Below are positions 6,579 through 13,594 of a stretch of DNA of 13,840 nt, one piece after another (position 1 is the stretch's first letter; each line of letters starts with the position of its first letter). Position numbers and translations under genes: made by a program. A model generated the notes under the pieces. The model did no database searches. It saw only the letters and a list, made by a program, of their open reading frames with translations, and was not told the DNA's origin. Source of the DNA: a virus; IMG/VR virus record IMGVR_UViG_3300045988_099202, positions 1 to 13,840 of that record. The stretch is one strand, 5' to 3'.

Positions 6579-7754
6579 TTAATCCATCAGAATAACAATA
6601 CCCTTTTCGGTAAAGTCAATGGCGTGTCGCTCGTTGTACTTCCAGAAAATGTTGTAATATTCGCCCTTCGCGTTCGGAGGCGTCACCCTCTGCCGCGTTA
6701 GAATCGGGCTGTACCCGAAAGCGTCACGGTCACAGATAATACCAAGTACGTTGCCTTGCTTTACGTCAGCCGTCGCCGTTGCAATAGTGCCATCAGCGGC
6801 GAGATACTGGGGCTTTACAACATTGATTTTCTGAGGGTCTGTCATAATTTGCCAGTAATTCACATATTCAACATCGCCCGCCATACGCAAGAAATTATCG
6901 TGGAACGTATCCGCAAGCGCCATCATGTTAGTTTGATGCATAAACATCGAATTAAGATAAACACGCTGTGCGGACTTAGGGCTGTGCTGGAGGAATACGC
7001 CATCGGCGCTATTGGTCTGGTACAAGCTGGAATATTCTGTCAGCATATCAGACAGATTAGCAAGGCGAGAGAACACCCACTGCGTAAACGCTTTATAGTT
7101 GGCGGGTTGCATAACGGTTGTCGCAGTCATGTCAAGCCCTGTAACGGTGTTGTACTCCGTCAGCAGATGAATAACATCGGCGTTCTGTGCAATCTTGCCA
7201 GCGGCAAACCCAGCTACGGTTGCGCGCGCGGTTTCTTCGTGCGTCTTTTCGATTTTGTTATTCATATTCGTCAAAACCATCGAAATAAATGCACCGAAAT
7301 CTTCTGCCGAATTAAACGCCGTGTTTAACTGCGTTTCAAAAATCGTTTTTTCGTATTCGTAGCTTTGCTGCCCGTAGAAGTTAAACTGTGCAACCTTCGG
7401 CTTGTGAATCGTGTACTGGTCTACGCTCTGACCGTCGGTCAAATCACAGTAAGGGTTATCGGTCAGGTCGCCCGGGTCGTCAATCGTCTTAATTTTCCTC
7501 ACCCAGTTTCCCCACTGGTCGCCGGGAATCCGCATACCCTCAAACTTCGCTTTGTATGGGCGGCTGGAAAAAATTGTTCGCGAAAGCATCTGCGAAATTG
7601 CATTCATTACAGGGTCAGCCCCCGTTTTCAACGCCTTCTGTCCGAGCGTCAACAACTGCTTAGTGTCAAGCGCGGCTGTATCCTGCCCGGTTGCATCTTT
7701 AAGCACTGCTTTCAGTAGAGTGCTAATCTTATCAATTGTCAAAGTGTTAGCCAT
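6579..7754 (-). CDS. Major capsid protein (391 aa)
   Basis: ATG 7754 lies 7 nt after GGAGGTG. It sits directly downstream of the scaffold gene, as in the phi29 gp7-gp8 order. Its size is typical of small-podovirus HK97-fold capsid proteins, and it is followed by a strong hairpin. The assignment rests on synteny and size; no diagnostic motif was recognised. Confidence 0.75.
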   Translation of the reverse strand: MANTLTIDKISTLLKAVLKDATGQDTAALDTKQLLTLGQKALKTGADPVMNAISQMLSRTIFSSRPYKAKFEGMRIPGDQWGNWVRKIKTIDDPGDLTDNPYCDLTDGQSVDQYTIHKPKVAQFNFYGQQSYEYEKTIFETQLNTAFNSAEDFGAFISMVLTNMNNKIEKTHEETARATVAGFAAGKIAQNADVIHLLTEYNTVTGLDMTATTVMQPANYKAFTQWVFSRLANLSDMLTEYSSLYQTNSADGVFLQHSPKSAQRVYLNSMFMHQTNMMALADTFHDNFLRMAGDVEYVNYWQIMTDPQKINVVKPQYLAADGTIATATADVKQGNVLGIICDRDAFGYSPILTRQRVTPPNAKGEYYNIFWKYNERHAIDFTEKGIVILMD

Positions 7755-7768
7755 TTACGGCACCTCCA

Positions 7769-8101
7769 TCAGTTCGGGCGGATAATTTCCGACAAAACAT
7801 CCTCTGCAGTCAACGTCTTGCTATTGTCAACCTGTGCACTCTGCAAATTGCCCTTCTGCACAATGCCAGTAAGATTTGCAATTTGCTGGAAAACCTTGTT
7901 GAACTGCTCCTGCGTATTATCCGGCGCCGGTGCTGGTGCCGGTGCCGGTGCTGGTGCCGGTGCCGGTGCTGGCGCCGGTGCCGGTGCCGGTGCTGGTGCC
8001 GGTGCCGGTGCTGGCGCGGGTGCATCAATCTGCATCAGCTTTCCAATCTGTTCAGCGGTGAAGCCAGCTTTTGCCAGCGTCAAAATGTCGGATACATTCA
8101 T
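7769..8101 (-). CDS. Putative scaffolding protein with central (Ala-Pro)17 linker (110 aa)
   Basis: ATG 8101 overlaps the endolysin stop (TAATG), with a GGAGG 9 nt upstream. It is small, predicted helical at both ends, and sits immediately upstream of the capsid gene, like phi29 gp7 (98 aa). Confidence 0.55.
   Translation of the reverse strand: MNVSDILTLAKAGFTAEQIGKLMQIDAPAPAPAPAPAPAPAPAPAPAPAPAPAPAPAPAPDNTQEQFNKVFQQIANLTGIVQKGNLQSAQVDNSKTLTAEDVLSEIIRPN
7922..8023 (-). repeat. In-frame 102-bp tandem repeat (6-bp unit GCN-CCN, 18-bp higher order) encoding 17 consecutive Ala-Pro dipeptides
   Basis: Counted codon by codon: 34 alternating Ala (GCA/GCG) and Pro (CCG/CCA/CCC) codons between two Asp codons (8026-8024 and 7921-7919). 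Confidence 0.95.
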
Positions 8102-8604
8102 TATTTGTTGCCTCCATATTTATTTACAAGTGTGACAAGTTCGCCGTATAGGTTAGAATATAGTTCGTTCGCATCCTGCACAGGAGTGCTGACAACCTCA
8201 GACGCATAGTATAGGCAATCGGCCTTCGCGTGGTGCGTCCACCGCCTCCGATTAGTAATTTTATCCATCTGAACGCCTCCCGTCGTAGAATGAATTACTT
8301 CACCGTTGCCGATGTAAATTCCAACATGAGCGGCATTCACACCATCGGTATAGCGCTTTGGTTCTTTGCCATCATGTTTGATAGTAAATACCCATTCGCC
8401 TACATCGATGTTATCAAAATTGTCAGATTTGTCATGGACTGCGCCGCGCCACATATCATTCGAGCCGCGCCAGTTCTTATTGATATTGGCATATTTTCTC
8501 AAACAGTGTTCGACAAACGCCTGACAATCAAGTGTGGCGTACGGGATACCGATTAGATTATTTTTATCTGCCCTGATTTTCCCCGCCCATTCTACAGCAA
8601 TCAA
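8101..8604 (-). CDS. Endolysin, NlpC/P60-family cysteine peptidase (167 aa)
   Basis: The catalytic-type motifs [11 protein letters not shown] (Cys) and [16 protein letters not shown] (His) are typical of NlpC/P60. The TTG start at 8604 overlaps the holin stop (TTGA). No obvious cell-wall-binding domain. Confidence 0.75.
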   Translation of the reverse strand: MIAVEWAGKIRADKNNLIGIPYATLDCQAFVEHCLRKYANINKNWRGSNDMWRGAVHDKSDNFDNIDVGEWVFTIKHDGKEPKRYTDGVNAAHVGIYIGNGEVIHSTTGGVQMDKITNRRRWTHHAKADCLYYASEVVSTPVQDANELYSNLYGELVTLVNKYGGNK

Positions 8605-8795
8605 TTCCCATCACCGCCCAACCTATCAATGAGGTGCTGCATCACAATCGTATTATTATTGATTGCATCCTTTAATTCCGCCGTTTCTTCCCTGTGCTGC
8701 TCACGCTCCCTATTCCAAAAATAGAAAAGTGCGCAAGTACAAGCAATCGGAAACCCTACGTTTGTAATGAGCGTAATAATGTCGGAAACTTCCAT
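8601..8795 (-). CDS. Holin, BhlA/UviB-like (64 aa from Met47 of the track ORF)
   Basis: A single TM (VSDIITLITNVGFPIACTCALFYFW) is followed by the charged helix NREREQHREETAELKD, as in BhlA-type holins. GGGAGGG lies just upstream of ATG 8795. It sits immediately upstream of, and is coupled to, the endolysin gene. An alternative start is Met43 (8807). Confidence 0.65.
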   Translation of the reverse strand: MEVSDIITLITNVGFPIACTCALFYFWNREREQHREETAELKDAINNNTIVMQHLIDRLGGDGN

Positions 8796-8811
8796 ACACC
8801 CTCCCATCTCC

Positions 8812-8900
8812 CGGAAAACAAAATGGCAATAGGGGTCGGGGCATGCGACTATGCCATGCTCACCCTTCCGGGGTTGTCGTTCGAGCTTCCCTATTGCCAT
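8812..8900 (-). terminator. Structured leader: 12-bp closing stem around a 54-nt GC-rich insert, followed by a U-tract (attenuator/terminator-like, or a small RNA 3' end)
   Basis: On the minus-strand RNA, AUGGCAAUAGGG (8900-8889) pairs perfectly with CCCUAUUGCCAU (8834-8823). It is followed by UUUGUUUUCC (8822-8813). Internal helices are possible, for example GCAUG/CAUGC and ACCC/GGGU. Confidence 0.5.
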
Positions 8901-8904
8901 AATC

Positions 8905-8933
8905 AATGTATCATAATTTTTAAATTTTGTCAA
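8905..8933 (-). promoter_or_regulatory. Near-consensus sigma-A/sigma-70 promoter upstream of the lysis and structural genes
   Basis: TTGACA (8933-8928, perfect -35), 17-nt spacer containing TG at 8913-8912 (extended -10, TGaTACATT), -10 TACATT (8910-8905). It starts 3 nt after the ATPase stop. The predicted TSS near 8899-8897 coincides with the 5' arm of the leader hairpin. Confidence 0.6.
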
Positions 8934-8936
8934 GAC

Positions 8937-9956
8937 TTATTTAACTATCCCGAAATATTGGCAGAAAACAATTTCGCAAGCCGGAGATTCGCAATAAATT
9001 TTTCGTTCAATATATGCCAGCATCAGATACCGATACAGCGTGCGGAATCGTAAACAATCATTTTCCGTAGTGCTGTATATCGGGCGCGTTCCTTGCCCGT
9101 GCGGGCTAATATAAAATGTTCGGTTGCTCTTGTGCCGATAAACTGTAATTTCTCCGCACGTTACGAGAGGCGTGTACTCTTTTAGGTTCGCGCTCATGGT
9201 TTGCAATACAGGTTTATCCAAAAAGCGATTTTCAAGCGACATATCTTTTATTTTATTATCCTTAAGAAGGCGATAAAGCGCCGTTTCTCCCTTCATGCGG
9301 CTTATGGGGCTATTGCGCAGGTTTATCAGATATAATCCGCGTTCGCCATCTTTATATTCCTGTGTTTCCTGCTCCGCCATTTTATATGCAATCGTGATAA
9401 GCCCTAAACTTTGAAAAATCGGGTTTACAATGCTGTTACTATTGGCAAGGCATAAACACTTCACAGGGGGCTTACCTTGCAGCTCTCTATTTCTGTTTAT
9501 TGTTTCATATGCATTAAAAAACGCATCCCCTTCATTTTTGATTCTGCGCTCATGCGATTCTGGAATAAATTCATCAAATATGATAATTTCAATATCATGC
9601 GCGGAAAAACCGCGAATATTTGATACGCCAGATAGTGCCAGTACATACCCGGCAGGGGTGCTTTCCTCGTTGATATACACAGCGGTTGCTTCTTTGGAAA
9701 CTTTATCCATTTCTAGAGACAAGGACATATCATCGCAAACGGGCGCAAAAGGTGACATTTCAGGCGCGCTAATAACATCCGCTTGTAGTTTCGTTCGTCT
9801 CATATAGATAAATTTCATTTTATGTTCAATCACATATTTAAGTGAACCGTAAGTTTTACCTGTACCTCTTGCACCCGTCATTAAAATAAATGGATATTTT
9901 TGTTCTATGATTCGCGCCATGTCAACATATCCATTTTTCAAAAATAGGTTATTCAT
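8937..9956 (-). CDS. DNA encapsidation (packaging) ATPase, phi29 gp16-like (339 aa)
   Basis: Walker A MTGARGTGKTY, FIYMRR, Walker B IIIFDEFI, CLCLANSNSIVNPIF and MSLENRFL parallel gp16 GARGIGKSY, FIYVRRY, VFDEFI, CICLSNAVSVVNPYF and MSLDNQFI (recalled). ATG 9956 follows GGAGGGG. The alternative ATG 9968 lies in the terminator U-tract and has no SD. Confidence 0.88.
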   Translation of the reverse strand: MNNLFLKNGYVDMARIIEQKYPFILMTGARGTGKTYGSLKYVIEHKMKFIYMRRTKLQADVISAPEMSPFAPVCDDMSLSLEMDKVSKEATAVYINEESTPAGYVLALSGVSNIRGFSAHDIEIIIFDEFIPESHERRIKNEGDAFFNAYETINRNRELQGKPPVKCLCLANSNSIVNPIFQSLGLITIAYKMAEQETQEYKDGERGLYLINLRNSPISRMKGETALYRLLKDNKIKDMSLENRFLDKPVLQTMSANLKEYTPLVTCGEITVYRHKSNRTFYISPHGQGTRPIYSTTENDCLRFRTLYRYLMLAYIERKIYCESPACEIVFCQYFGIVK

Positions 9957-9965
9957 GCTCCCCTC

Positions 9966-9998
9966 CATAAAATAAAGGCAGGGTTCTTCGCCCTGCCT
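9966..9998 (-). terminator. Rho-independent terminator at the end of the right early (replication) operon
   Basis: On the minus-strand RNA: AGGCAGGG-CGAAGAA-CCCUGCCU (stem 9998-9991 / 9983-9976), followed by UUAUUUUAU. It starts 10 nt after the stop of the 116-aa gene. There is no T-run on the plus-strand side, so it is unidirectional. Confidence 0.8.
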
Positions 9999-10007
9999 CT
10001 GACAGCA

Positions 10008-10358
10008 TCAATCGAAAATCAATTCGCACGATGTGTAGTTGCGGTTGTTTTTGCTCCGAATCTGTGTAATCATAATCTTGAAGCCTACATCGTCCATACC
10101 CGCCGTGCCCAGATAATCAACAATGGCAAGAAGCCGTTCGCTGAACGCTCTCCCATTCGTGATATATGGCACGCCATCTATGATAATCCCGCAACGCGGC
10201 TTAAACTCGCCGTTACCATCAACTGTTTCAGTCACCGCCCAAGCGTCAACGCGAACTGTTTTCAACATCAACTCCGACATCGTATGCCCTTCGCGGGAAA
10301 GCGTCAGCTTGTACAGTTCCGCCGGGGAAATGCTCTGATTAGTCTTCGTGTTACTCAT
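10008..10358 (-). CDS. Early protein, putative phi29 p5-like single-stranded DNA-binding protein (116 aa)
   Basis: ATG 10358 lies 7 nt after AGGAGGG, directly downstream of the polymerase. Its size is close to p5 (124 aa). The pattern IIIDGVPYI...SERLLAIVDYL...FKIMITQIRSKNNRNYTSCEL loosely parallels p5 AADGSLYS...ASDLIDLV...FKVKVVQGTSSKGNVFFSLQL as I recall it. Confidence 0.4.
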   Translation of the reverse strand: MSNTKTNQSISPAELYKLTLSREGHTMSELMLKTVRVDAWAVTETVDGNGEFKPRCGIIIDGVPYITNGRAFSERLLAIVDYLGTAGMDDVGFKIMITQIRSKNNRNYTSCELIFD

Positions 10359-10389
10359 GAGAAAGCCCTCCTAAATATTTGTTCGGCGG

Positions 10390-12408
10390 TTATCGCCTAA
10401 TAAGATTATAGCACAAATTACGGTCAGCGTCAACACTTATATAAGTGTTCTGCAACGCTTCGAGTAAGTCCGCGTATTTGTAAGTAATTCCCACAGCATA
10501 GGTTGAAGGGCGCAAGCATACATTTCTGGTTATTGGTAACTCGTGTCCATCAACGCTAATTGTCTTGGATACATAGTCATTATAAACACTTTCAAGCCCT
10601 CCCGCTTTTCGGAAAACAAAACCGGGCACAATTTTTACGAGTCCCCCTGCTTCTTCCAGTTCATCAGCGCCGCCCCACTCCACAATATCACCCGCAGCGT
10701 TTTTGCTGGAATTTTTGCGTACCCCCGCGATAGTTATGTTTATATGCCCCTGTTCATCCTGTGACGCATATTTTTTCGCCCCCCATGTTAAAAACTGATA
10801 ATATTCACCCTCTGTTTCTGCCACGCCCATATAATGCACGGTTCCATGGGGGTCTACGGCACACGCTCCATGAGCAAGGGATGCTGTTTTGCATCTGTTA
10901 TTATATGATTCATAACTAATTGATTCTGATTTTATATATTTACAGCTATCCGTATCGGCATAAACAAAATTATTTCCTGCAATCTTTATCATTTCTTCCA
11001 ACTCAAGTCTTGCGTACGCAGTAACCCATACGCCCCATTGATACGGCAGAAATGATTTTTTGATATTTTTAATAACGTCCGTTTCCTGCTGAATGTATTT
11101 GTTGCCGTCGAATATAATATCATCTTTTCCGGGGTCTGTGGCTGTCATGCCGTACAAGCTATTTAACAAATTCTTGCTTTTCATGTATTCATATTCACTC
11201 CCGGCGATTCCTTTAAGCGAAGTTTTGTTTGTATAATAGCGTTTTATACAATCCGTAAAAGGTTTTGGTAAATAGTCCTTCTCTGCCGTGTATATGTCTG
11301 TAAAATCAAATTCGCCATCATATTCTTCGAGAATTATCTGCATATCTACTTCTGTTACTTCAATCGTCAGCGCATCCGCTTCAAGCACACGTCCGTTATC
11401 TTCCACAGGATTTATAAGCATTTGGCATTTGCTAACAGGTATATAAGGGCAACCCCACAACGGATTGCGCAGGGTAGCGCCTGTTATGCTCATCGTACAA
11501 AGAATTGCAAGCCCGGATGAAAACGCCCTCCTAACAGTTGCTATTCCATCAGGGCATTTCTTGAATGGTTTCATAGGAAACTTCTTATTTATCATAACAT
11601 CAGGATAGCTTGACGATCGATCGACCGATTGCACACCCGATAATACCTTCCCGACGAAATAGCGGTTCGCGTGCGTGTTCCCGCCTCGAAACGCCTTGCG
11701 AAGTTTTCTGTAAATTTCTTCTGTGGGTTTAAGCGCTCCAAGTGGTGTTTGGCTTAACGCTTGTTTTGCATCCCGGCGCACGTAGCCAGTAAAGGTGCGC
11801 GGAACTGTATAGAGAGTGTCGCCATCTTGCGAAATCTTCTTTTCGGCGGCTTCAAGTAGCCCGATAACGTCATTTTGACAATATTCAATTTCATCTTCTG
11901 AAAGTTCTGTCCACGGATAACGGACTTTAGAATAGTCGAATTCAGCGCCTGACTTCTTCACGTGCTGGACATTCATTTCCTTCAGAAACTTTGAAAGCGT
12001 TTTATTTGTCCAAATATAGGAACAGCGATATTCAATACATCCGCAAGTTGCGGACAGTATTTTCCGGGCTTTAAGGCACTTAACATCACTAAATTCATAA
12101 ATCCCTGCGAGAAATTGGAACTCATACGAAAGATTGTGAACCAGACAGATTATTGTAATTCCGCCAAGATGCGCATTTAAGGCTTCCTGCAATGCTGTCC
12201 ACTCTTCCCACGTTCTCCCGTATGTGATGTAGTATTCCCCGCAAACATAAAGTCCGCACTGCCAGATGTACATTATAGCATTATCGTCTTCGAGCCTCGT
12301 TGTTTCAATGTCAAAAGCCATAAGCGCGTCGGCGTATACGATTTTAGCCCGTGGATTATCAGGCGTTAACGCCGTTATTTTTTGGATCCCATCATATACG
12401 CTGAACAC
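10390..12408 (-). CDS. Protein-primed family-B DNA polymerase (672 aa)
   Basis: Exo I AFDIETT, Exo II HNLSYEFQF, Exo III YCQNDV, motif A VDRSSSYP, motif B KNLLNSLYG, motif C YADTDS and the KxY motif GAKKYA are all present in canonical order. The GTG start at 12408 lies 2 nt after the terminal protein stop. Confidence 0.95.
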   Translation of the reverse strand: MFSVYDGIQKITALTPDNPRAKIVYADALMAFDIETTRLEDDNAIMYIWQCGLYVCGEYYITYGRTWEEWTALQEALNAHLGGITIICLVHNLSYEFQFLAGIYEFSDVKCLKARKILSATCGCIEYRCSYIWTNKTLSKFLKEMNVQHVKKSGAEFDYSKVRYPWTELSEDEIEYCQNDVIGLLEAAEKKISQDGDTLYTVPRTFTGYVRRDAKQALSQTPLGALKPTEEIYRKLRKAFRGGNTHANRYFVGKVLSGVQSVDRSSSYPDVMINKKFPMKPFKKCPDGIATVRRAFSSGLAILCTMSITGATLRNPLWGCPYIPVSKCQMLINPVEDNGRVLEADALTIEVTEVDMQIILEEYDGEFDFTDIYTAEKDYLPKPFTDCIKRYYTNKTSLKGIAGSEYEYMKSKNLLNSLYGMTATDPGKDDIIFDGNKYIQQETDVIKNIKKSFLPYQWGVWVTAYARLELEEMIKIAGNNFVYADTDSCKYIKSESISYESYNNRCKTASLAHGACAVDPHGTVHYMGVAETEGEYYQFLTWGAKKYASQDEQGHINITIAGVRKNSSKNAAGDIVEWGGADELEEAGGLVKIVPGFVFRKAGGLESVYNDYVSKTISVDGHELPITRNVCLRPSTYAVGITYKYADLLEALQNTYISVDADRNLCYNLIRR

Positions 12409-12410
12409 TC

Positions 12411-13112
12411 CTAAATCTTCCCTTCTCTTTTTGCTTTTTCAAACATTGCGCGAACGGTCGAACCGCTCACAAATTCCCCGGCTTTAAGCCGTTCTTTATA
12501 TCGCGCCCGTGCTTTGTCGGCTTGACGCTCCCAATAGTTCCACCTCTTTAACAAGTCCTCCCAGTCCGATTTTGCAAATTTTCGCTTAACGCTGGTAGTT
12601 CCTTCCTGCGATACATCAAGAATATCTTGCAAAATATAATAGTATTGCGCTTCTTTATTCGCATCAGCGTAAACCGCGAAAAATTTTCGAAATTGCAGAA
12701 AGTCCTCATAGGTGAATGTTTCTTCAGTAAACCATCCACGATGTAAAAGTGTTTCATACTCGCGTTTCCACTGGTTTTGTTGTGTATCAAATAACTGTTG
12801 TGGTGTTTTTGTTCCGCTAACAACTTTCCACATGGCGCGAATCTGCCGGACGCCTTCATCCACCGTCCGCACGGTGGAGGGTTTATCCCAATAATGGCGC
12901 TCATACTGTTTAATGCTTTCGTACTCAATGCCCTTCTTCTTTGCCGCCTTAAAGCGCTTATCCATTAGGTCAATTAACGACTTCATCTCTTTTTTAACAT
13001 CTTTTAGCGTCAAACCGGCTTTAGGAATTTTTGTACCTACATATACAGCCTTTGGAAGGGGGCGATTTTCAAGTGCCGTACTTTGCGCGAATCGTTTATT
13101 CCATCGTGCCAT
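12411..13112 (-). CDS. Putative terminal protein (replication primer) (233 aa)
   Basis: It sits immediately upstream of the polymerase and nearly abuts it, as in phi29 gene 3-gene 2. The size is similar to phi29 TP (266 aa). It is highly charged and basic, and starts MARWNKR (phi29 TP starts MARSPR). A Ser/Thr cluster (VSGSTV) near the C-terminus is a candidate priming site. No rigorous homology was established. Confidence 0.55.
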   Translation of the reverse strand: MARWNKRFAQSTALENRPLPKAVYVGTKIPKAGLTLKDVKKEMKSLIDLMDKRFKAAKKKGIEYESIKQYERHYWDKPSTVRTVDEGVRQIRAMWKVVSGTKTPQQLFDTQQNQWKREYETLLHRGWFTEETFTYEDFLQFRKFFAVYADANKEAQYYYILQDILDVSQEGTTSVKRKFAKSDWEDLLKRWNYWERQADKARARYKERLKAGEFVSGSTVRAMFEKAKREGKI

Positions 13113-13284
13113 TCTTTATAAGCCCCCTTCTCAACAACTCATTATAGACGGTTTTAATACAGAGCCGAGCTGTTTTTGATAGATTGTCCATTCTCGTAAT
13201 GTCGCAAATTTCTTTTAGTCGCTTCAAATCTTCGGGATACATGGATAGCGTTATCACTTTATATTGGCGCTTTCTATTGTTCAT
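13096..13284 (-). CDS. Putative ribbon-helix-helix (CopG/Arc-like) transcriptional regulator (62 aa)
   Basis: ATG 13284 is preceded by GGGGG and is in an ATGA overlap with the micro-ORF stop. YKVITLSMYPEDLKRLKEICDITRMDNLSKTARLCIKTVYNELL fits a beta-strand, helix, loop, helix RHH pattern. Its 3' end overlaps the TP start by 17 nt. Confidence 0.5.
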   Translation of the reverse strand: MNNRKRQYKVITLSMYPEDLKRLKEICDITRMDNLSKTARLCIKTVYNELLRRGLIKNGTME

Positions 13285-13337
13285 TGTTGCAACCCCCATG
13301 TAACAAGGATTATAAGCATGACTGCCGTTAGCAACAT
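13281..13337 (-). CDS. Hydrophobic micro-ORF, 18 aa (MLLTAVMLIILVTWGLQQ), paralog of 644-706
   Basis: Not in the supplied track; translated by hand. The GGAGG SD (13352-13348) lies 10 nt upstream of ATG 13337. Its TGA (13283-13281) overlaps the ATG of the RHH gene (ATGA). Confidence 0.5.
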   Translation of the reverse strand: MLLTAVMLIILVTWGLQQ

Positions 13338-13354
13338 TTGGTTTTCGCCTCCAG

Positions 13355-13585
13355 TTATTGTCTCCAAACGTAACGTGTTAAATTGCAATAACGGGCAAGC
13401 GGTTCAACTCGTTCGTAGCCAATAATTATGCCGCGGTCGATCTGAACCTTGAACGGAAAAACATTTACCTCCGAGCCGTCATAAAGACTTGCAATTCCGT
13501 AAATGATTCTGCCACCCTCAACATAGTAGCGGAAACCGTCATGGGTGACGTGCCAACCTTCGCGAGTGATAATTGATTTATTCAT
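13355..13585 (-). CDS. Hypothetical early protein (76 aa), first gene of the right early operon
   Basis: ATG 13585 lies 9 nt after the GAAGGG that ends the ITR; the track start at 13591 is a TTG. The composition is beta-rich, with no recognisable motifs. Confidence 0.65.
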   Translation of the reverse strand: MNKSIITREGWHVTHDGFRYYVEGGRIIYGIASLYDGSEVNVFPFKVQIDRGIIIGYERVEPLARYCNLTRYVWRQ

Positions 13586-13594
13586 GTGCAACTT

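Noticed and set aside
7922-8023. Tandem repeat considered as a CRISPR-like array or non-coding microsatellite
   Set aside because: The unit is 6 bp with no spacers, and it lies in frame inside a CDS.
7810-8209. Three striking alternative-frame ORFs over the repeat: a His/Arg-rich 72 aa (-), a Gly-Ala-rich 105 aa (+) and a Cys/Arg/Trp-rich 108 aa (+)
   Set aside because: They are simply the other reading frames of the GCN-CCN hexanucleotide repeat. They have no SD or start context. The Ala-Pro frame is continuous with a well-placed gene that has an SD and is coupled to its neighbours.
8796-8933. The N-terminal 46 codons of the 110-aa track ORF (TTG start; contains CPDPYCH, which looks faintly zinc-binding)
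   Set aside because: The TTG start is the TTG of a TTGACA -35 box. The region holds a promoter, a 12-bp stem and a U-tract. BhlA-type holins start just before the TM. A strong GGGAGGG SD precedes Met47. This remains testable by proteomics.
12548-12928. 126-aa minus-strand ORF in an alternative frame inside the terminal protein gene
   Set aside because: It lies fully within the TP gene in another frame. It has no SD and a composition untypical of real proteins. The TP frame is the one coupled to the polymerase.
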